A stretch of DNA of 64,000 nucleotides from Gammaproteobacteria bacterium (GCA_035943935.1 DASZBR010000006.1:67633-131632); one strand, 5' to 3'. Shown: positions 53,222 through 64,000, counted from the stretch's first letter. The notes: generated from the sequence alone by a model not told the origin. Program-made: numbers and translations.

Positions 53222-55249
53222 TTATTTTACGCGCATACCCGGCTGCGCACCCTCGTGTGGTTCTAAAATCCATAAATCTTTTCCTCCCGGACCTGCTGCT
53301 AACACCATGCCTTCGGAAACGCCAAAGCGCATTTTGCGGGGTGCAAGATTGGCAACCATAACTGTATATTTGCCGATTAAATTTTCTGGTTCATAGGCTG
53401 ACTTAATTCCCGCAAAGACTTGTCTTTTTTCTAAGCCAATATCTAGCGTCAGTTTTAATAATTTTTCCGCGCCTTCAACCGGTTCTGCATGGATAATTTT
53501 TGCGATGCGCAAATCTATTTTGGCAAAATCTTCGATATTGATTTCAGGAAATATCGGATCAAAATTTGTATTTGCTTCTGTCGTCATAGATGCCTCTTTG
53601 GGTGATGCATTTCTCAATGCAGTAATTTGCTCAGGCGTAATGCGTTGTAATAAGGGTATAAATGTTTTGATGGTGTGTTTAATCAACGGTGAAGTACTGA
53701 TCTGCCAATCTATATCGGGAATATTCATAAACATTTCTACATTCTTTGCCGTTTCAGGAAGAATGGGTTTCAGATAAGTCATTAATAATAAAAATAAATT
53801 TAAGCCTGCACTGCAAATCTCTTGAACTTGTTTCTCATGCCCAGGTTGCTTTAATAATGCCCAGGGTTTTTGTTCATCAATATATTGGTTCGCACGATCC
53901 GCTAACGCCATGATTTCTCTGACGGCTTTACTGTATTCGCGAGATTCATAATATTGGGCGATTAATTTACCCTGTTTAACAAAGTCGTCAAATAATTCAG
54001 GAATAATACAGTCATCTGACAATGCATTATCAAAATGCTTATTAATAAACATGGCGCAACGGCTGGCGATGTTGACAACTTTACCGACCAAATCACTGTT
54101 AATGCGCTGCATGAAATCTTCAAGATTTAAATCAATATCTTCAAGTCGATCACTTAATTTAGCGGCATAATAATATCTCAGATATTCTGGATTGAGTTGT
54201 TTTAGATAATCATTGGCCTCGATAAAAGTCCCTCGTGATTTAGACATCTTTTGGCCATCAACCGTCAGAAAGCCATGAATAAATACGGAGGTGGGTGTGC
54301 GAAATTCTGCGCCCATTAACATTGCTGGCCAAAATAACGTGTGAAAATACATGACGTCTTTGCCAATAAAATGATATAGCTCCGCTTTACTGTCGGGTTT
54401 CCAGTAATCGGCAAAATTAATATTTTTTGTTTTTTGTGCATCACATAATTGTTTAAAAATGGCAATATAACCAATAGGCGCATCGAGCCACACATAAAAA
54501 TATTTATTTTCTTCACCCGGAATTTTAAATCCAAAATAAGGCGCATCGCGAGAAATGTCCCAGGGCTGTAATCCTACGGAAAACCATTCGTTTAATTTAT
54601 TCATGACTTCAGGCTGTAAGGATTCTGCATCCATCCATTTGTCTAATTTTTCGCTAAATTTAGGTAAATCAAAAAAATAATGTTCTGTTTTTTTAATAAT
54701 AGGTTTTGTATTGGATAAAGCAGAAAGCGGATCAATTAAGTCCATGGGCGAGTAAGTGGAGCCGCAAGACTCACATCCATCACCGTATTGATCTTTACTT
54801 TTACATTTAGGACATGTGCCTTTAATAAAACGGTCTGGGAGAAAAATATTTTTTTCAGTATCGAAATATTGCTCGATTTCTTTTTTAAATATAGCCTCAT
54901 GATCGCTGAGTTTTTTATAAATCAATTCGACAAAACGCTGATTTTCTGTCGAGTGGGTCGTGCCATACATATCCAGATTAACGTGAAAAGCAGCATAGTC
55001 TTTTTTGCGTTGTTCATGGATTTCTTGAATATAGTCTTCAGGCTTTTTATGAAGCTTTTCAGCACTGAGCATAATGGGCGTGCCATGCGCATCATCGCCT
55101 GAGATAAAATAGCAGGTATTTTTCTGATTTTTTTGAAAACGCACCCAGATGTCCGCCTGGATGGCTTCGACGAGGTGGCCCAAATGGAGTTGCCCATTGG
55201 CATAGGGGAGGGCCATTGTCACTAACATTGTTCGAGAGGTCGTTTTCAT
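53222..55249 (-). CDS. metG: Methionyl-tRNA synthetase
   Basis: [13 protein letters not shown] (HIGH), KMSKS, zinc knuckles, C-terminal EMAP/tRNA-binding domain. 675 aa. Confidence 0.95.
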   Translation of the reverse strand: MKTTSRTMLVTMALPYANGQLHLGHLVEAIQADIWVRFQKNQKNTCYFISGDDAHGTPIMLSAEKLHKKPEDYIQEIHEQRKKDYAAFHVNLDMYGTTHSTENQRFVELIYKKLSDHEAIFKKEIEQYFDTEKNIFLPDRFIKGTCPKCKSKDQYGDGCESCGSTYSPMDLIDPLSALSNTKPIIKKTEHYFFDLPKFSEKLDKWMDAESLQPEVMNKLNEWFSVGLQPWDISRDAPYFGFKIPGEENKYFYVWLDAPIGYIAIFKQLCDAQKTKNINFADYWKPDSKAELYHFIGKDVMYFHTLFWPAMLMGAEFRTPTSVFIHGFLTVDGQKMSKSRGTFIEANDYLKQLNPEYLRYYYAAKLSDRLEDIDLNLEDFMQRINSDLVGKVVNIASRCAMFINKHFDNALSDDCIIPELFDDFVKQGKLIAQYYESREYSKAVREIMALADRANQYIDEQKPWALLKQPGHEKQVQEICSAGLNLFLLLMTYLKPILPETAKNVEMFMNIPDIDWQISTSPLIKHTIKTFIPLLQRITPEQITALRNASPKEASMTTEANTNFDPIFPEINIEDFAKIDLRIAKIIHAEPVEGAEKLLKLTLDIGLEKRQVFAGIKSAYEPENLIGKYTVMVANLAPRKMRFGVSEGMVLAAGPGGKDLWILEPHEGAQPGMRVK

Positions 55250-55313
55250 GTGTTACAATAGTTCCCTTTTATACGCGCTAAATCGCTCAAGTCCCAAAGG
55301 ATAGATTATCATC

Positions 55314-57122
55314 ATGCAAAATCAAGTAGAAAATATCAGAAATATCGCCATCATTGCTCACGTTGACCACGGTAAAACCACCCTCGTTGATAAGATGCTC
55401 CAACAATCCGGTGCTACGCTAAACCGCACCGAGCGCGTCATGGACTCCAATGACCTTGAAAAAGAGCGTGGAATCACGATTTTGGCTAAAAATACGTCCA
55501 TTGATTGGGGTGGATACCGTATTAATATCGTCGATACCCCAGGTCACGCGGACTTCGGTGGTGAAGTCGAACGCATCTTATCCATGGTTGATTCTGTATT
55601 ATTGTTAGTTGATGCGGTTGATGGTCCTATGCCTCAAACGCGATTTGTGACCCAAAAGGCTTTTGCTAATGGACTACATCCGATAGTCGTCATTAATAAG
55701 ATCGACCGACCGAGTGCAAGACCTGACTGGGTATTAAACCAAATTTTTGATTTATTTGATCGATTGGGTGCCACTGAAAAGCAGCTAGACTTCCCGGTTA
55801 TCTATGCGTCTGCGTTGCAGGGTTTTGCAACACTGGATTACAACAATAAATCAGACAATTTGATCCCGTTATTTGAAGCCATCGTAAAACATGTTCATCC
55901 GCCGAAAGTGAATTTAGACGGACCGTTTCAAATGCAGATCAGTGCGTTGGATTATTCTAATTATGTCGGCGCGATAGGCATTGGTCGAATTTCACGCGGC
56001 AGAATTAAAAGCAATACTCCCGTCACGGTTATTGCCGCTGATGGAAGTTCACGTCAAAGCCGAATATTACAAATCTTGGGTTACCACGGTTTAGAGCGAA
56101 AAGAAATTCCAGAATCCATGGCCGGTGATATCGTGGCAGTAACTGGCGTCGATAATATTCGTATTTCAGATACGTTATGTGATCCGAGCGCACCAGATGC
56201 ATTGCCTAATCTTACGGTTGATGAGCCTACGATTAGCATGATTTTCCAAGTGAATAATTCTCCGTTTGCAGGACGTGATGGAAAATATGTCACCAGCCGA
56301 CAAATTCGTGAAAGATTACAGAAAGAATTAATTCACAACGTTGCGTTACGCGTTGAAGACATGCCAGACCCGGATAAATTTCGTGTGTCAGGTCGTGGCG
56401 AATTACACCTTTCCATTTTAATCGAAACGATGCGTCGTGAAGGTTATGAATTATGTATTGCGCGCCCAGAAGTCATCATGAAAGAAGTGGAAGGCGAAAC
56501 CTGTGAACCTTATGAGACTTTAACAGTCGATGTTGAAGAAACTCATCAAGGGACTATTATGGAAAAATTAGGTTCACGTCGCGGAAAATTACTCGACATG
56601 ATGCCAGATGGAAAAGGGCGTGTGCGAATTGAATATATGATTCCTGCGCGAGGATTAATTGGATTCAGAACAGAATTCATGACATCAACGTCAGGCACAG
56701 GATTATTGCACCATAATTTTGATCATTATGGTCCTGCAGCAAAAGGCGAAGTTGGTCATCGACAAAATGGCGTATTAATTGCGAATGCCGTGGGTGTTGC
56801 TGCTGCGTTTGCGATATTTAATTTACAAGAACGTGGTCGCATGATTATTGGTCCACAAACTGAAGTGTACGAAGGAATGTTGGTTGGTATTCACTCAAGA
56901 GATAATGATTTAGTTGTAAATATTTCAAAGGGCAAACAATTAACAAATATGCGTGCATCGGGATCAGATGAAAGTATTATTCTCACTCCGCCCATTCAAT
57001 TCAGCTTAGAACAAGCGTTAGAATTTATTGAAGATGATGAATTAGTCGAAGTCACGCCGGCGACGATTAGACTTCGTAAGAAATTCTTGAAAGAAGTTGA
57101 TCGAAAGCGGTATGAGAGATAA
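55314..57122 (+). CDS. typA: Translational GTPase TypA/BipA
   Basis: [20 protein letters not shown]1 motif, EF-G-like domain order, 602 aa. Confidence 0.95.
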   Translation: MQNQVENIRNIAIIAHVDHGKTTLVDKMLQQSGATLNRTERVMDSNDLEKERGITILAKNTSIDWGGYRINIVDTPGHADFGGEVERILSMVDSVLLLVDAVDGPMPQTRFVTQKAFANGLHPIVVINKIDRPSARPDWVLNQIFDLFDRLGATEKQLDFPVIYASALQGFATLDYNNKSDNLIPLFEAIVKHVHPPKVNLDGPFQMQISALDYSNYVGAIGIGRISRGRIKSNTPVTVIAADGSSRQSRILQILGYHGLERKEIPESMAGDIVAVTGVDNIRISDTLCDPSAPDALPNLTVDEPTISMIFQVNNSPFAGRDGKYVTSRQIRERLQKELIHNVALRVEDMPDPDKFRVSGRGELHLSILIETMRREGYELCIARPEVIMKEVEGETCEPYETLTVDVEETHQGTIMEKLGSRRGKLLDMMPDGKGRVRIEYMIPARGLIGFRTEFMTSTSGTGLLHHNFDHYGPAAKGEVGHRQNGVLIANAVGVAAAFAIFNLQERGRMIIGPQTEVYEGMLVGIHSRDNDLVVNISKGKQLTNMRASGSDESIILTPPIQFSLEQALEFIEDDELVEVTPATIRLRKKFLKEVDRKRYER

Positions 57123-57127
57123 TTTAT

Positions 57128-58006
57128 TTAATGGGTGTTAACGGTCACCGTACCGCTAGCACCCATTCTTAATGGATACTTCGGATCAGGATTCACAAAA
57201 TCTACTCTTACTGGAAAGCGCTGTGTCACTTTCACCCAATTTCCTGTGGCATCTTCAGGCGGTAATAATGAAAAGACAGCGCCACTTCCACGACTCACAC
57301 CTTGCACAATACCCTTAAAAGTAATACCCGGATATATATCGATGCTAATTTTTGCTGATTGACCCGATTTAATTCGGCCTAAGTCAGTCTCTTTAAAATT
57401 GGCATTGATCCACCACTCTTTATTTTCAACTAACGCAAATTGTGGAGTCGTCGCTTGTATGACTTGGCCTTGGCGTAAAATAAAATTAGTAATATAGCCA
57501 TCATTCGGTGCGTAAATTTGCGTGTACAGTAAATTAATTTGTGCGGTCGCTAATTGTGCTTCAGCAACTTTTAACGCAGCTCTTAATTGATCTAATTGTC
57601 CTTGGGCATCGTCTCCTGCTGATTTGGGGAGTGCTCCTCGTGTAACCAATGGCAATATGCGCGCCGTGTCTTTTGCTTGTGTATCTGTTTGTGCTTGAAT
57701 TTGTTCAACAGTGGATTGCGCTTGTCTCAGTGCAATTTCAAATGGGTTGGGATCAATCGAAAAAAGTAACTGACCTTTTTTTACAAATTGATGGTCAGCG
57801 ACATAAATATGATCAACCCGTCCTGTGACTTGAGCGGCAACATTGACGACATCAGCTTGAATATAGGCATCGTCGGTTGAGGGATAGTAAGTCGTATAAA
57901 GGCTGTAAAAATAGGCGAGTGTCGCGAGAAGTAAGATACTTGCGCTCACGAGCCAGAATTTTTTTGCCGTCGGGTTCATCAACACTCCAGAATACACTGC
58001 AGACAA
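57128..58006 (-). CDS. HlyD-family membrane-fusion/secretion protein (EmrA-like, short)
   Basis: N-terminal TM anchor, coiled-coil and the YIQADVVNVAAQVTGRV HlyD motif. No cognate pump gene adjacent. Confidence 0.65.
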   Translation of the reverse strand: MSAVYSGVLMNPTAKKFWLVSASILLLATLAYFYSLYTTYYPSTDDAYIQADVVNVAAQVTGRVDHIYVADHQFVKKGQLLFSIDPNPFEIALRQAQSTVEQIQAQTDTQAKDTARILPLVTRGALPKSAGDDAQGQLDQLRAALKVAEAQLATAQINLLYTQIYAPNDGYITNFILRQGQVIQATTPQFALVENKEWWINANFKETDLGRIKSGQSAKISIDIYPGITFKGIVQGVSRGSGAVFSLLPPEDATGNWVKVTQRFPVRVDFVNPDPKYPLRMGASGTVTVNTH

Positions 58007-58062
58007 TATTATCGGGCTATACTAAAATCATGTCCAGTCATATATCAAAGGGAGAAGTGCAT

Positions 58063-58917
58063 ATGTCAGTTCAATCAAAAACAGTCAGTGTTCATGGATC
58101 AACTATGCATTATCTGAGTGAGGGGAAGGGTAAGCCTATTGTGTTTTTACATGGCGCGCCTGCTTCCAGTTATCTCTGGCGAAATATTCTTCCTAAGTTG
58201 GGTATAAAAGGCCATTGTATTGCGCCAGACTTTATTGGCATGGGGAATTCAGATAAACCAGATATTCAATATACTATTCATGATCATATAAAATATTTTG
58301 AAGGATTTATTGATGCGTTAAAACTTAAGGATATTACTCTCGTGATGTTGGGTATGGGATCGGTGGTGGGCATGGTGTATGCAGAGAAACATCCTGAGAA
58401 TATTTCGGGATTGGTTTTTATCGAATCTTTTTTACATGTTCCCAAAGATGAACAAGAAATTCCCATGTTGATCCAAGATTTAATTCCCATGATGAAAGAT
58501 GAAAAAAGATTAAAAGAAATGGTCGTCGATGAAAATTATGCGCTTGAAAAATTTTTGCCAAGCTTAACGCTTAAAAAATTATCGCCTGAAATTCTGGCGG
58601 TTTATCGCAAACCGTTTGAGACAAAAGAATCTCGTGTTGTGTTATGGCAATCCGTTTTAGAAAATCCTTTCTTTAACTCCAAAAGTCCACTAATTCCCAT
58701 AATAAACGGTTATTTGCGTTGGTTGCAGACAACACACATTCCCAAATTATTACTCTATGTCGTACCTGGTTTTTTAGTCAGTATAGAAACCGTTAAGTGG
58801 TGTACGGATAATATTCCCGCATTGACTGCAGTTGATATTGGCTTTGGTTTGCATTATTTACCCGAAACCATTCCGGATGAAATTTCCGATGCGCTTTTAG
58901 CATGGATGCCATCGTGA
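58063..58917 (+). CDS. Alpha/beta-hydrolase, haloalkane-dehalogenase-like (paralog 3)
   Basis: FLHGAPASSYLWRNILP...CIAPDFIGMGNSDKP. Start at ATG 58063 (RBS AAGGGAGAAG) by alignment with the paralogs at 2.8-4.5 kb. Confidence 0.7.
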   Translation: MSVQSKTVSVHGSTMHYLSEGKGKPIVFLHGAPASSYLWRNILPKLGIKGHCIAPDFIGMGNSDKPDIQYTIHDHIKYFEGFIDALKLKDITLVMLGMGSVVGMVYAEKHPENISGLVFIESFLHVPKDEQEIPMLIQDLIPMMKDEKRLKEMVVDENYALEKFLPSLTLKKLSPEILAVYRKPFETKESRVVLWQSVLENPFFNSKSPLIPIINGYLRWLQTTHIPKLLLYVVPGFLVSIETVKWCTDNIPALTAVDIGFGLHYLPETIPDEISDALLAWMPS

Positions 58918-59050
58918 TTGACATTAATGAAAAAAGACTTGCATTCTTTTTCAAGATAAGCGTTAATATGCCCTGATCGATTTTTCAGTGATGATGGATT
59001 GATCATTGACTTATTGTTCAACAATCAATTGATTATGAGGATATATCCAC

Positions 59051-59311
59051 ATGGCAAAGTTAGCAAAAATCGCAGTAGCCGTAATAGCAGGTTTGGCGTT
59101 GGCTGGTTGTGCAAGCGAAGGCAGCAGTGCTTGCGGAACAGTAGCTACACCAGTTGCAGCTCCTGCACCGATGAATGCTTGTAAGAACATGAGCTCTTGC
59201 AAACATAAAGTAAGACATCATGCAGTTAAGCATCATGCAGTTAAGCATGCTAAGAAAGAAGCAACAAAGAGCACCAGCACAAGCACAGAAACCACCACAA
59301 CAACCAACTAA
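59051..59311 (+). CDS. Small secreted/lipoprotein-like Cys- and His-rich peptide (candidate RiPP precursor or metal-binding peptide)
   Basis: 86 aa. Signal peptide MAKLAKIAVAVIAGLALAGC, then four Cys in 31 residues, HHAVKHHAVKH encoded by a perfect 15-bp tandem repeat (59226-59255), and a Thr-rich tail. Own terminator, then DUF692 78 nt downstream. Confidence 0.6.
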   Translation: MAKLAKIAVAVIAGLALAGCASEGSSACGTVATPVAAPAPMNACKNMSSCKHKVRHHAVKHHAVKHAKKEATKSTSTSTETTTTTN

Positions 59312-59329
59312 AATTGATTGTTGCGGTTC

Positions 59330-59365
59330 AATGAGGCTGATGTTAACGTCAGCCTCATTTTTATT
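59330..59365 (+). terminator. Rho-independent terminator after the small peptide gene
   Basis: AATGAGGCTGA-TGTTAACG-TCAGCCTCATT perfect stem, followed by TTTTTATT. Confidence 0.7.
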
Positions 59366-59388
59366 GATCCCAACAGCAGTTCCTCACT

Positions 59389-60198
59389 ATGCATAAAGCA
59401 CTCGGTTGTGGTTTAGGCTTACGTTCTACCTACTATCAGGAAATTCTTTCAACCTTACCTCCTGTCGATTTCTTCGAGATTATTTCGGAGGATTATATGG
59501 TGGAGGGCGGAAATCCACTTTTCTACTTAGATAAAATTCGCGAACACTATCCGATGGTTATGCATGGCGTGTCCATGTCTATTGCGGGTACCGATCCACT
59601 TGATCAAAATTACCTTCAAAAACTTAAAGCACTAATACAGCGAGTCAATCCAGCCTGGATCTCTGATCATTGTTGTTGGACCGGTGTGAATGGCAAAAAC
59701 ATGCACGATTTGTTACCCGTGCCCTATACCGAAGAAGCGCTTAACCATATTTCTAGTCGTATTCAACAGGTACAAGATTATTTAGGGCAGAGAATTGCAA
59801 TAGAAAACGTCTCGTCTTATATACAATATCAACAGTCTGCTCTAACCGAATGGGAGTTTTTAAGTGCGCTCTGTAAAAAAGCGGACTGTTTATTATTATT
59901 AGATATTAATAATATTTATGTGAATAGCTTTAACCATAAATTTAACCCACATGATTTTATCAATGGCATTCCTCAAGATCGCGTTCAGCAATTTCATTTG
60001 GCGGGTCACACGAATAAAGGCGATGTAATATTAGATACTCACGATGCGCCCATTATTGATGAAGTCTGGAAATTATTTGACGTTGCCATAAAACGCTTTG
60101 GAAATGTTTCAACCTTAATAGAGCGCGATGATCGTTTCCCGCCATTTTCAGAATTATTAGATGAGCTGGCGCAGGTGAGAAAATATGTTACTGCGTAA
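59389..60198 (+). CDS. DUF692 (UPF0276) TIM-barrel protein, MbnB/TglH/BufB-like
   Basis: GLGLRSTYY, HGVSMSIAG, ISDHCCW, IENVSSY, LLLDINNIYVNS, HLAGH and IERDD blocks, characteristic of DUF692. 269 aa. Confidence 0.8.
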   Translation: MHKALGCGLGLRSTYYQEILSTLPPVDFFEIISEDYMVEGGNPLFYLDKIREHYPMVMHGVSMSIAGTDPLDQNYLQKLKALIQRVNPAWISDHCCWTGVNGKNMHDLLPVPYTEEALNHISSRIQQVQDYLGQRIAIENVSSYIQYQQSALTEWEFLSALCKKADCLLLLDINNIYVNSFNHKFNPHDFINGIPQDRVQQFHLAGHTNKGDVILDTHDAPIIDEVWKLFDVAIKRFGNVSTLIERDDRFPPFSELLDELAQVRKYVTA

Positions 60199-60865
60199 AC
60201 TTCAAGAGAATTGGCAGCAAGGTGTTTTTGACGAGCAAACTGATCCCATCATGCCCTATATTATTAACCCGGAAGATCGGGCCATGATTTATATCGATAG
60301 CTATAGAGCAAGATTAATTGAGGCGCTGGAAAAAACATTTTTGTTACTACTGGATAAAATGGGTGAAGACGATTTTTGTGATCTTGCGCTAGAATATATT
60401 GATGCTTATCCTTCAGAATATTATTCTCTGGCTAAATTTGGACAATATTTAAGTGGTTTTCTTAAGAAAAAAAATAAATCTCAATTAGCACCGATTGCAG
60501 AAATCGATTGGGCAATCAGTCATGCGGTTGATGCGAAAACCGTTGCTGTTGTTAATCGTGATTATTTGCAAACCATCCCACAAGAAGAATGGAGTGAAGT
60601 GGTTTTTGAATTACATCCTTCGCTGACCGTCTTAGATAAATATCGTGTATATCGCAAGCAAACTCAAGTGTATTATCTTGAAATAACGGAACAAGAAAGA
60701 CAGGTTTTACAATGGATTCAACAGGGATATACGTTTGGTGAAATTTGCGAAAAATTATGTGTCATAATGTCTGAAGAAGAAGTGGTGAATTATCTGATAC
60801 AGCAATTGTTGCGCTGGTTGGATGATGAATTAATCACGGCAATTACCGTCAAGGAAAAAGCATGA
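60185..60865 (+). CDS. DUF2063 protein (partner of DUF692; BufC-like)
   Basis: N-terminal [12 protein letters not shown] and the [20 protein letters not shown]...LAKFG pattern of DUF2063. Overlaps the DUF692 stop (ATGA-type coupling). Confidence 0.75.
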   Translation: MLLRKLQENWQQGVFDEQTDPIMPYIINPEDRAMIYIDSYRARLIEALEKTFLLLLDKMGEDDFCDLALEYIDAYPSEYYSLAKFGQYLSGFLKKKNKSQLAPIAEIDWAISHAVDAKTVAVVNRDYLQTIPQEEWSEVVFELHPSLTVLDKYRVYRKQTQVYYLEITEQERQVLQWIQQGYTFGEICEKLCVIMSEEEVVNYLIQQLLRWLDDELITAITVKEKA

Positions 60866-61725
60866 GTTGGTTTAAAAAGTTATTACCCTCAAGAATACGC
60901 ACAGAATCGGGTAAAAACCGCAAGAGCGTGCCGGAAGGATTGTGGACAAAATGTAAGGGCTGCGACGCGGTATTATATAGCACCGAACTTGAGAGTAATT
61001 TATATGTGTGCCCCAAGTGTAATTATCATGATGCAATGCCTGCGCGTGAACGCTTAGTCTCTTTATTAGATGAAAATACAGGTGTTGAGCTCGGGGAAGA
61101 GATTACCGCTGTAGATAGATTGCATTTTAAAGACAGTAAAAAATACAAAGACAGAATTGATGCTTCTGAAAAATCATCGGGCGAAAACGAAGCCATAATC
61201 ATTATGGAAGGAAAAATTAAAGCATTGGAATTAGTTGTCGCTGTATTTGAATTCGCTTTTATGGGTGGCTCGATGGGAGCGGCTGTGGGTGAAAAATTTG
61301 TATTGGGTGTCAATACGGCGCTTGAAAAGAAAATTCCCTTTGTTTGTTTTTCCGCCAGTGGTGGAGCCAGAATGCAAGAAGCTTTATTTTCGCTTATGCA
61401 GATGGCGAAAACGTCTGCTGCACTGGCAAAACTTTCTGAAGCGGGACTACCTTATATTTCAGTCTTAACTAATCCAACCATGGGTGGAGTTTCTGCGAGT
61501 TTAGCCATGTTAGGCGATATTATTATTGCCGAACCACAGGCTTTAATTGGTTTTGCCGGCCCCCGTGTTATAGAACAAACCGTCCGTGCAACTTTACCCG
61601 AAGGTTTTCAGCGCAGTGAGTTTTTATTAGAACACGGTGCGATTGATATGATTGTGAATCGCGCGGACATGCGTGAATCTCTAGCAAAAACCTTATCAAA
61701 ATTGTTACACCATGCTCCACTCTAA
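60862..61725 (+). CDS. accD: Acetyl-CoA carboxylase carboxyltransferase beta subunit
   Basis: N-terminal zinc finger CKGCDAVLY...CPKCNYH and the carboxyltransferase domain. Confidence 0.9.
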   Translation: MSWFKKLLPSRIRTESGKNRKSVPEGLWTKCKGCDAVLYSTELESNLYVCPKCNYHDAMPARERLVSLLDENTGVELGEEITAVDRLHFKDSKKYKDRIDASEKSSGENEAIIIMEGKIKALELVVAVFEFAFMGGSMGAAVGEKFVLGVNTALEKKIPFVCFSASGGARMQEALFSLMQMAKTSAALAKLSEAGLPYISVLTNPTMGGVSASLAMLGDIIIAEPQALIGFAGPRVIEQTVRATLPEGFQRSEFLLEHGAIDMIVNRADMRESLAKTLSKLLHHAPL

Positions 61726-62794
61726 ACCCGTTATCACTGTCACGGGAACTAATGGCAAAGGATCAACAGTCGCTTTCTGTGAAGCCATATTATTAGCCGC
61801 GGGATATAAAATTGGCGCCTATTATTCTCCCCATGTATTTCATTCGAGTGAAAGAGTAAAAATAAATAACAAGCCTATTTCTTTGCTTGATTCAGAAAAC
61901 TTTACTTTTCAAGAAATCACACATAAAGCCATTGAATTATTTAATCAGTCTGATTTGGATGCACTCGTGTTGGAAGTGGGTATTGGCGGAAGATTAGATG
62001 CGGTTAATTTATTAGTCGAGCCAGATGTTTCTGTTATAACGAATATAGATTTCGATCATCAAGATAAATTGGGTCATACACGAGAAGAAATTGGCTTAGA
62101 AAAAGCGTATGTCTATAGGCCGAATAAACCCAGTATTTATGGTTCTGAATATATACCTGAATCTGTCATAAATTACGCTCAAAAAATAAATGCTAGATTA
62201 TTGAGATATAAACAAGCTTTTGATTATAAAGTTTATGAAAATCATTGGGAGTTTTTTAGTAATAATAAAGAGATTAATTATAAAAATTTGCCTATACCCT
62301 ATTTGACATTACACGATGCAGCCATAGCACTGGAAGCTCTCAGCCATTTTCCCTTAAAAATATCTCTCGAAAATATTCAGCAGGGATTAAAGTCAGCTTA
62401 TTTGCCGGGAAGATTTAAAGTTATCTCTAAGCCAGTTTTGCAAATATTCGATGTTGCCCACAATCCAAGCTCTGCGGTATTACTTTCTCAGAAATTAGCA
62501 AAATTACCGTGCGAGGGAAAAACGATTGGCGTAGTGGGTATGCTGAAAGATAAAGATATCCCCGGAACCCTTAAGCCGCTGATTAATGTCGTGGATGATT
62601 GGATGGTGGGGAGTTTGGATGATCCACGTGGCGCGACCTGTGATCAGGTTGGAGCTTATTTACCTAATAGCGTATTATTTCAGGATATTCATGAGGCCTA
62701 TCAAGCCGCCTTAAAATTAGCCGGACCGAAAGATAGAGTGGTTATTTTTGGGTCATTTAGAACCGTAGGAGCGTTATGTCCCGACAGAAGTTAA
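61712..62794 (+). CDS. folC: Dihydrofolate synthase/folylpolyglutamate synthase (N-terminally short)
   Basis: P-loop [12 protein letters not shown], Mur-ligase domains, accD-folC order. It is only 360 aa, and the frame is closed by a stop 30 nt upstream. Confidence 0.8.
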   Translation: MLHSKPVITVTGTNGKGSTVAFCEAILLAAGYKIGAYYSPHVFHSSERVKINNKPISLLDSENFTFQEITHKAIELFNQSDLDALVLEVGIGGRLDAVNLLVEPDVSVITNIDFDHQDKLGHTREEIGLEKAYVYRPNKPSIYGSEYIPESVINYAQKINARLLRYKQAFDYKVYENHWEFFSNNKEINYKNLPIPYLTLHDAAIALEALSHFPLKISLENIQQGLKSAYLPGRFKVISKPVLQIFDVAHNPSSAVLLSQKLAKLPCEGKTIGVVGMLKDKDIPGTLKPLINVVDDWMVGSLDDPRGATCDQVGAYLPNSVLFQDIHEAYQAALKLAGPKDRVVIFGSFRTVGALCPDRS

Positions 62795-63534
62795 TCATGG
62801 GCAATTGGAAAATGAATGGGGACAAAGCGACCCTTCATGCGCTCATACAACACATCAAAGCCATCAAACCCACTCCTAAATCAGAGGTCGTGGTTTTTCC
62901 GCCCTATGTTTATCTTGAGAAAGCTGTCTGGGAGCTCAGAAATTCAGAGATTCAATTGGGGGCCCAAGACGTCAGTCAATATGATAACGGCGCTTATACT
63001 GGCGAAATTTCAGGCAGTATGCTAACTGATATAGGCTGTAAATATGTCTTAATAGGCCATTCTGAGCGACGTCATGTGATGGGCGAAACCGATGAGATGA
63101 TTGGTCACAAGGTTATCAAAGCATTTCAAGCGGGCCTGAAACCCGTCTTATGTGTAGGCGAAACACAGGAAGAACATCTCGCCCATCGCACCGAACAAAT
63201 AGTATTGGCGCAATTAGAGAGTGTGTTAAACTTGCGCGCCGTAGCTGACTATTTACCCCAAATGATTGTCGCATATGAACCCGTTTGGGCGATTGGCACA
63301 GGCTTAACTGCAACGCCGTTAGAAGCACAAAAAGTACATTTAATGTTACGCGAAGCATTAGGTGAAAAAAATAAAGCATTAGCAGAACATGTGCCCATTG
63401 TGTACGGCGGCAGTGTCAAAGCAAGTAATGCAAAACATTTATTTGAGATGCCAGATATTGATGGTGCGTTGATTGGAGGCGCATCGTTAAATGGTGAAGA
63501 ATTTCATGCCATCTGTCGGATGGTGGAGTTTTAA
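62776..63534 (+). CDS. tpiA: Triosephosphate isomerase
   Basis: GNWKMNG, AYEPVWAIGTG, GGSV motifs. Confidence 0.95.
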   Translation: MSRQKLIMGNWKMNGDKATLHALIQHIKAIKPTPKSEVVVFPPYVYLEKAVWELRNSEIQLGAQDVSQYDNGAYTGEISGSMLTDIGCKYVLIGHSERRHVMGETDEMIGHKVIKAFQAGLKPVLCVGETQEEHLAHRTEQIVLAQLESVLNLRAVADYLPQMIVAYEPVWAIGTGLTATPLEAQKVHLMLREALGEKNKALAEHVPIVYGGSVKASNAKHLFEMPDIDGALIGGASLNGEEFHAICRMVEF

Positions 63535-63537
63535 AAC

Positions 63538-63876
63538 ATGCAAGAATTGATTTTGATGATTCACCTTATCGTTGCTTTATTATTAATTGTATTAATTTTA
63601 ATGCAGCGTGGTAAGGGTTCGGATGTTGGCGCTGCCTTCGGTAGTGGTGCGTCAAATACTATTTTTGGAAGCGCAGGCACAACGTCATTTTTAGTCAAAT
63701 TAATTTCTATATTAGTTGCGGTATTTTTTACCTCGAGTTTGGTGCTGAATTATTTAATGGCACATACCGTAAAAGAAGAACAATTGGCGAATACGCCAAA
63801 AGTATTATTGCAACAACAGCAGCAAGCGCAGCAAAATCAGCAACAGCAACAAACGCAACAACAGTCACAGAAATAA
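63538..63876 (+). CDS. secG: Protein-export membrane protein SecG with a poly-Gln C-terminal tail
   Basis: LMQRGKGSDVGAAFGSGASNTIFGS, the SecG signature. C-terminal QQQQQAQQNQQQQQTQQQSQK. Confidence 0.9.
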   Translation: MQELILMIHLIVALLLIVLILMQRGKGSDVGAAFGSGASNTIFGSAGTTSFLVKLISILVAVFFTSSLVLNYLMAHTVKEEQLANTPKVLLQQQQQAQQNQQQQQTQQQSQK

Positions 63877-63961
63877 GCCGATGTGGTGGAATTGGTAGAC
63901 ACGCTACCTTGAGGTGGTAGTGGGTAAAACCGTGCCGGTTCGAGTCCGGCCATCGGTACCA
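63877..63961 (+). tRNA. tRNA-Leu (anticodon GAG)
   Basis: Acceptor GCCGATG/CATCGGT, long variable arm, anticodon loop UUGAGGU, GGTTCGAGTCC T-arm, CCA encoded. secG-tRNA-Leu order as in E. coli leuU. T7 run follows. Confidence 0.85.
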
Positions 63962-64000
63962 TTTTTTTAAAAGGTTGACGGTATGCTAACAAATTATCTG

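Noticed and set aside
63778-63876. CAA/CAG-rich repetitive tract that could be mistaken for a non-coding simple repeat
   Set aside because: It is in frame within secG and encodes the poly-Gln tail. It is reported as a coding low-complexity extension instead.

Overview
This is a gene-dense, low-GC (about 40%) chromosomal segment of a gammaproteobacterium, and it looks Legionellales-like (Coxiella/Rickettsiella/Legionella-type). The main reason is a DotM/IcmP-DotL/IcmO type IVB coupling-complex gene pair at 6.7-10.2 kb. I cannot name the species from sequence alone.

Most of the window is housekeeping:
- ribosomal and RNA genes: rpsP-rimM-trmD-rplS, rpsT, rpsO-pnp, rplU-rpmA-obg, tRNA-Ser, tRNA-Leu
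- translation and core metabolism: ribF-ileS-lspA-purB, metG, typA, accD-folC, tpiA-secG, dapA, dapD, priA, kbl-tdh, rocF-like arginase plus rocD, tsaD, elbB, slt, wrbA

Accessory or unusual content:
1. A candidate RiPP-type operon at 59.05-60.87 kb. A small secreted Cys/His-rich peptide with an internal 15-bp tandem repeat and its own terminator sits immediately upstream of a DUF692 (MbnB/BufB-like) and a DUF2063 (BufC-like) gene.
2. An AbiEi/AbiEii type IV toxin-antitoxin / abortive-infection pair next to a PIN-PhoH (PhoH2) ATPase.
3. A ParE/RelE-type toxin with a TIGR02574-like antitoxin, inside a small accessory block (P-loop ATPase, esterase, SnoaL-like protein).
4. Three haloalkane-dehalogenase-like alpha/beta-hydrolase paralogs, two of them tandem.
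5. A degenerate minor-pilin (pilV/W/X-like) cluster, interrupted by a perfect 31-bp-arm palindromic element.
6. A DnaA-box cluster in the rplU promoter.
7. A stand-alone AddB-like PD-(D/E)XK nuclease.
8. Tandem MFS transporter paralogs.
9. An AcrAB-like RND pump.

No CRISPR array, transposase or integrase was recognised.
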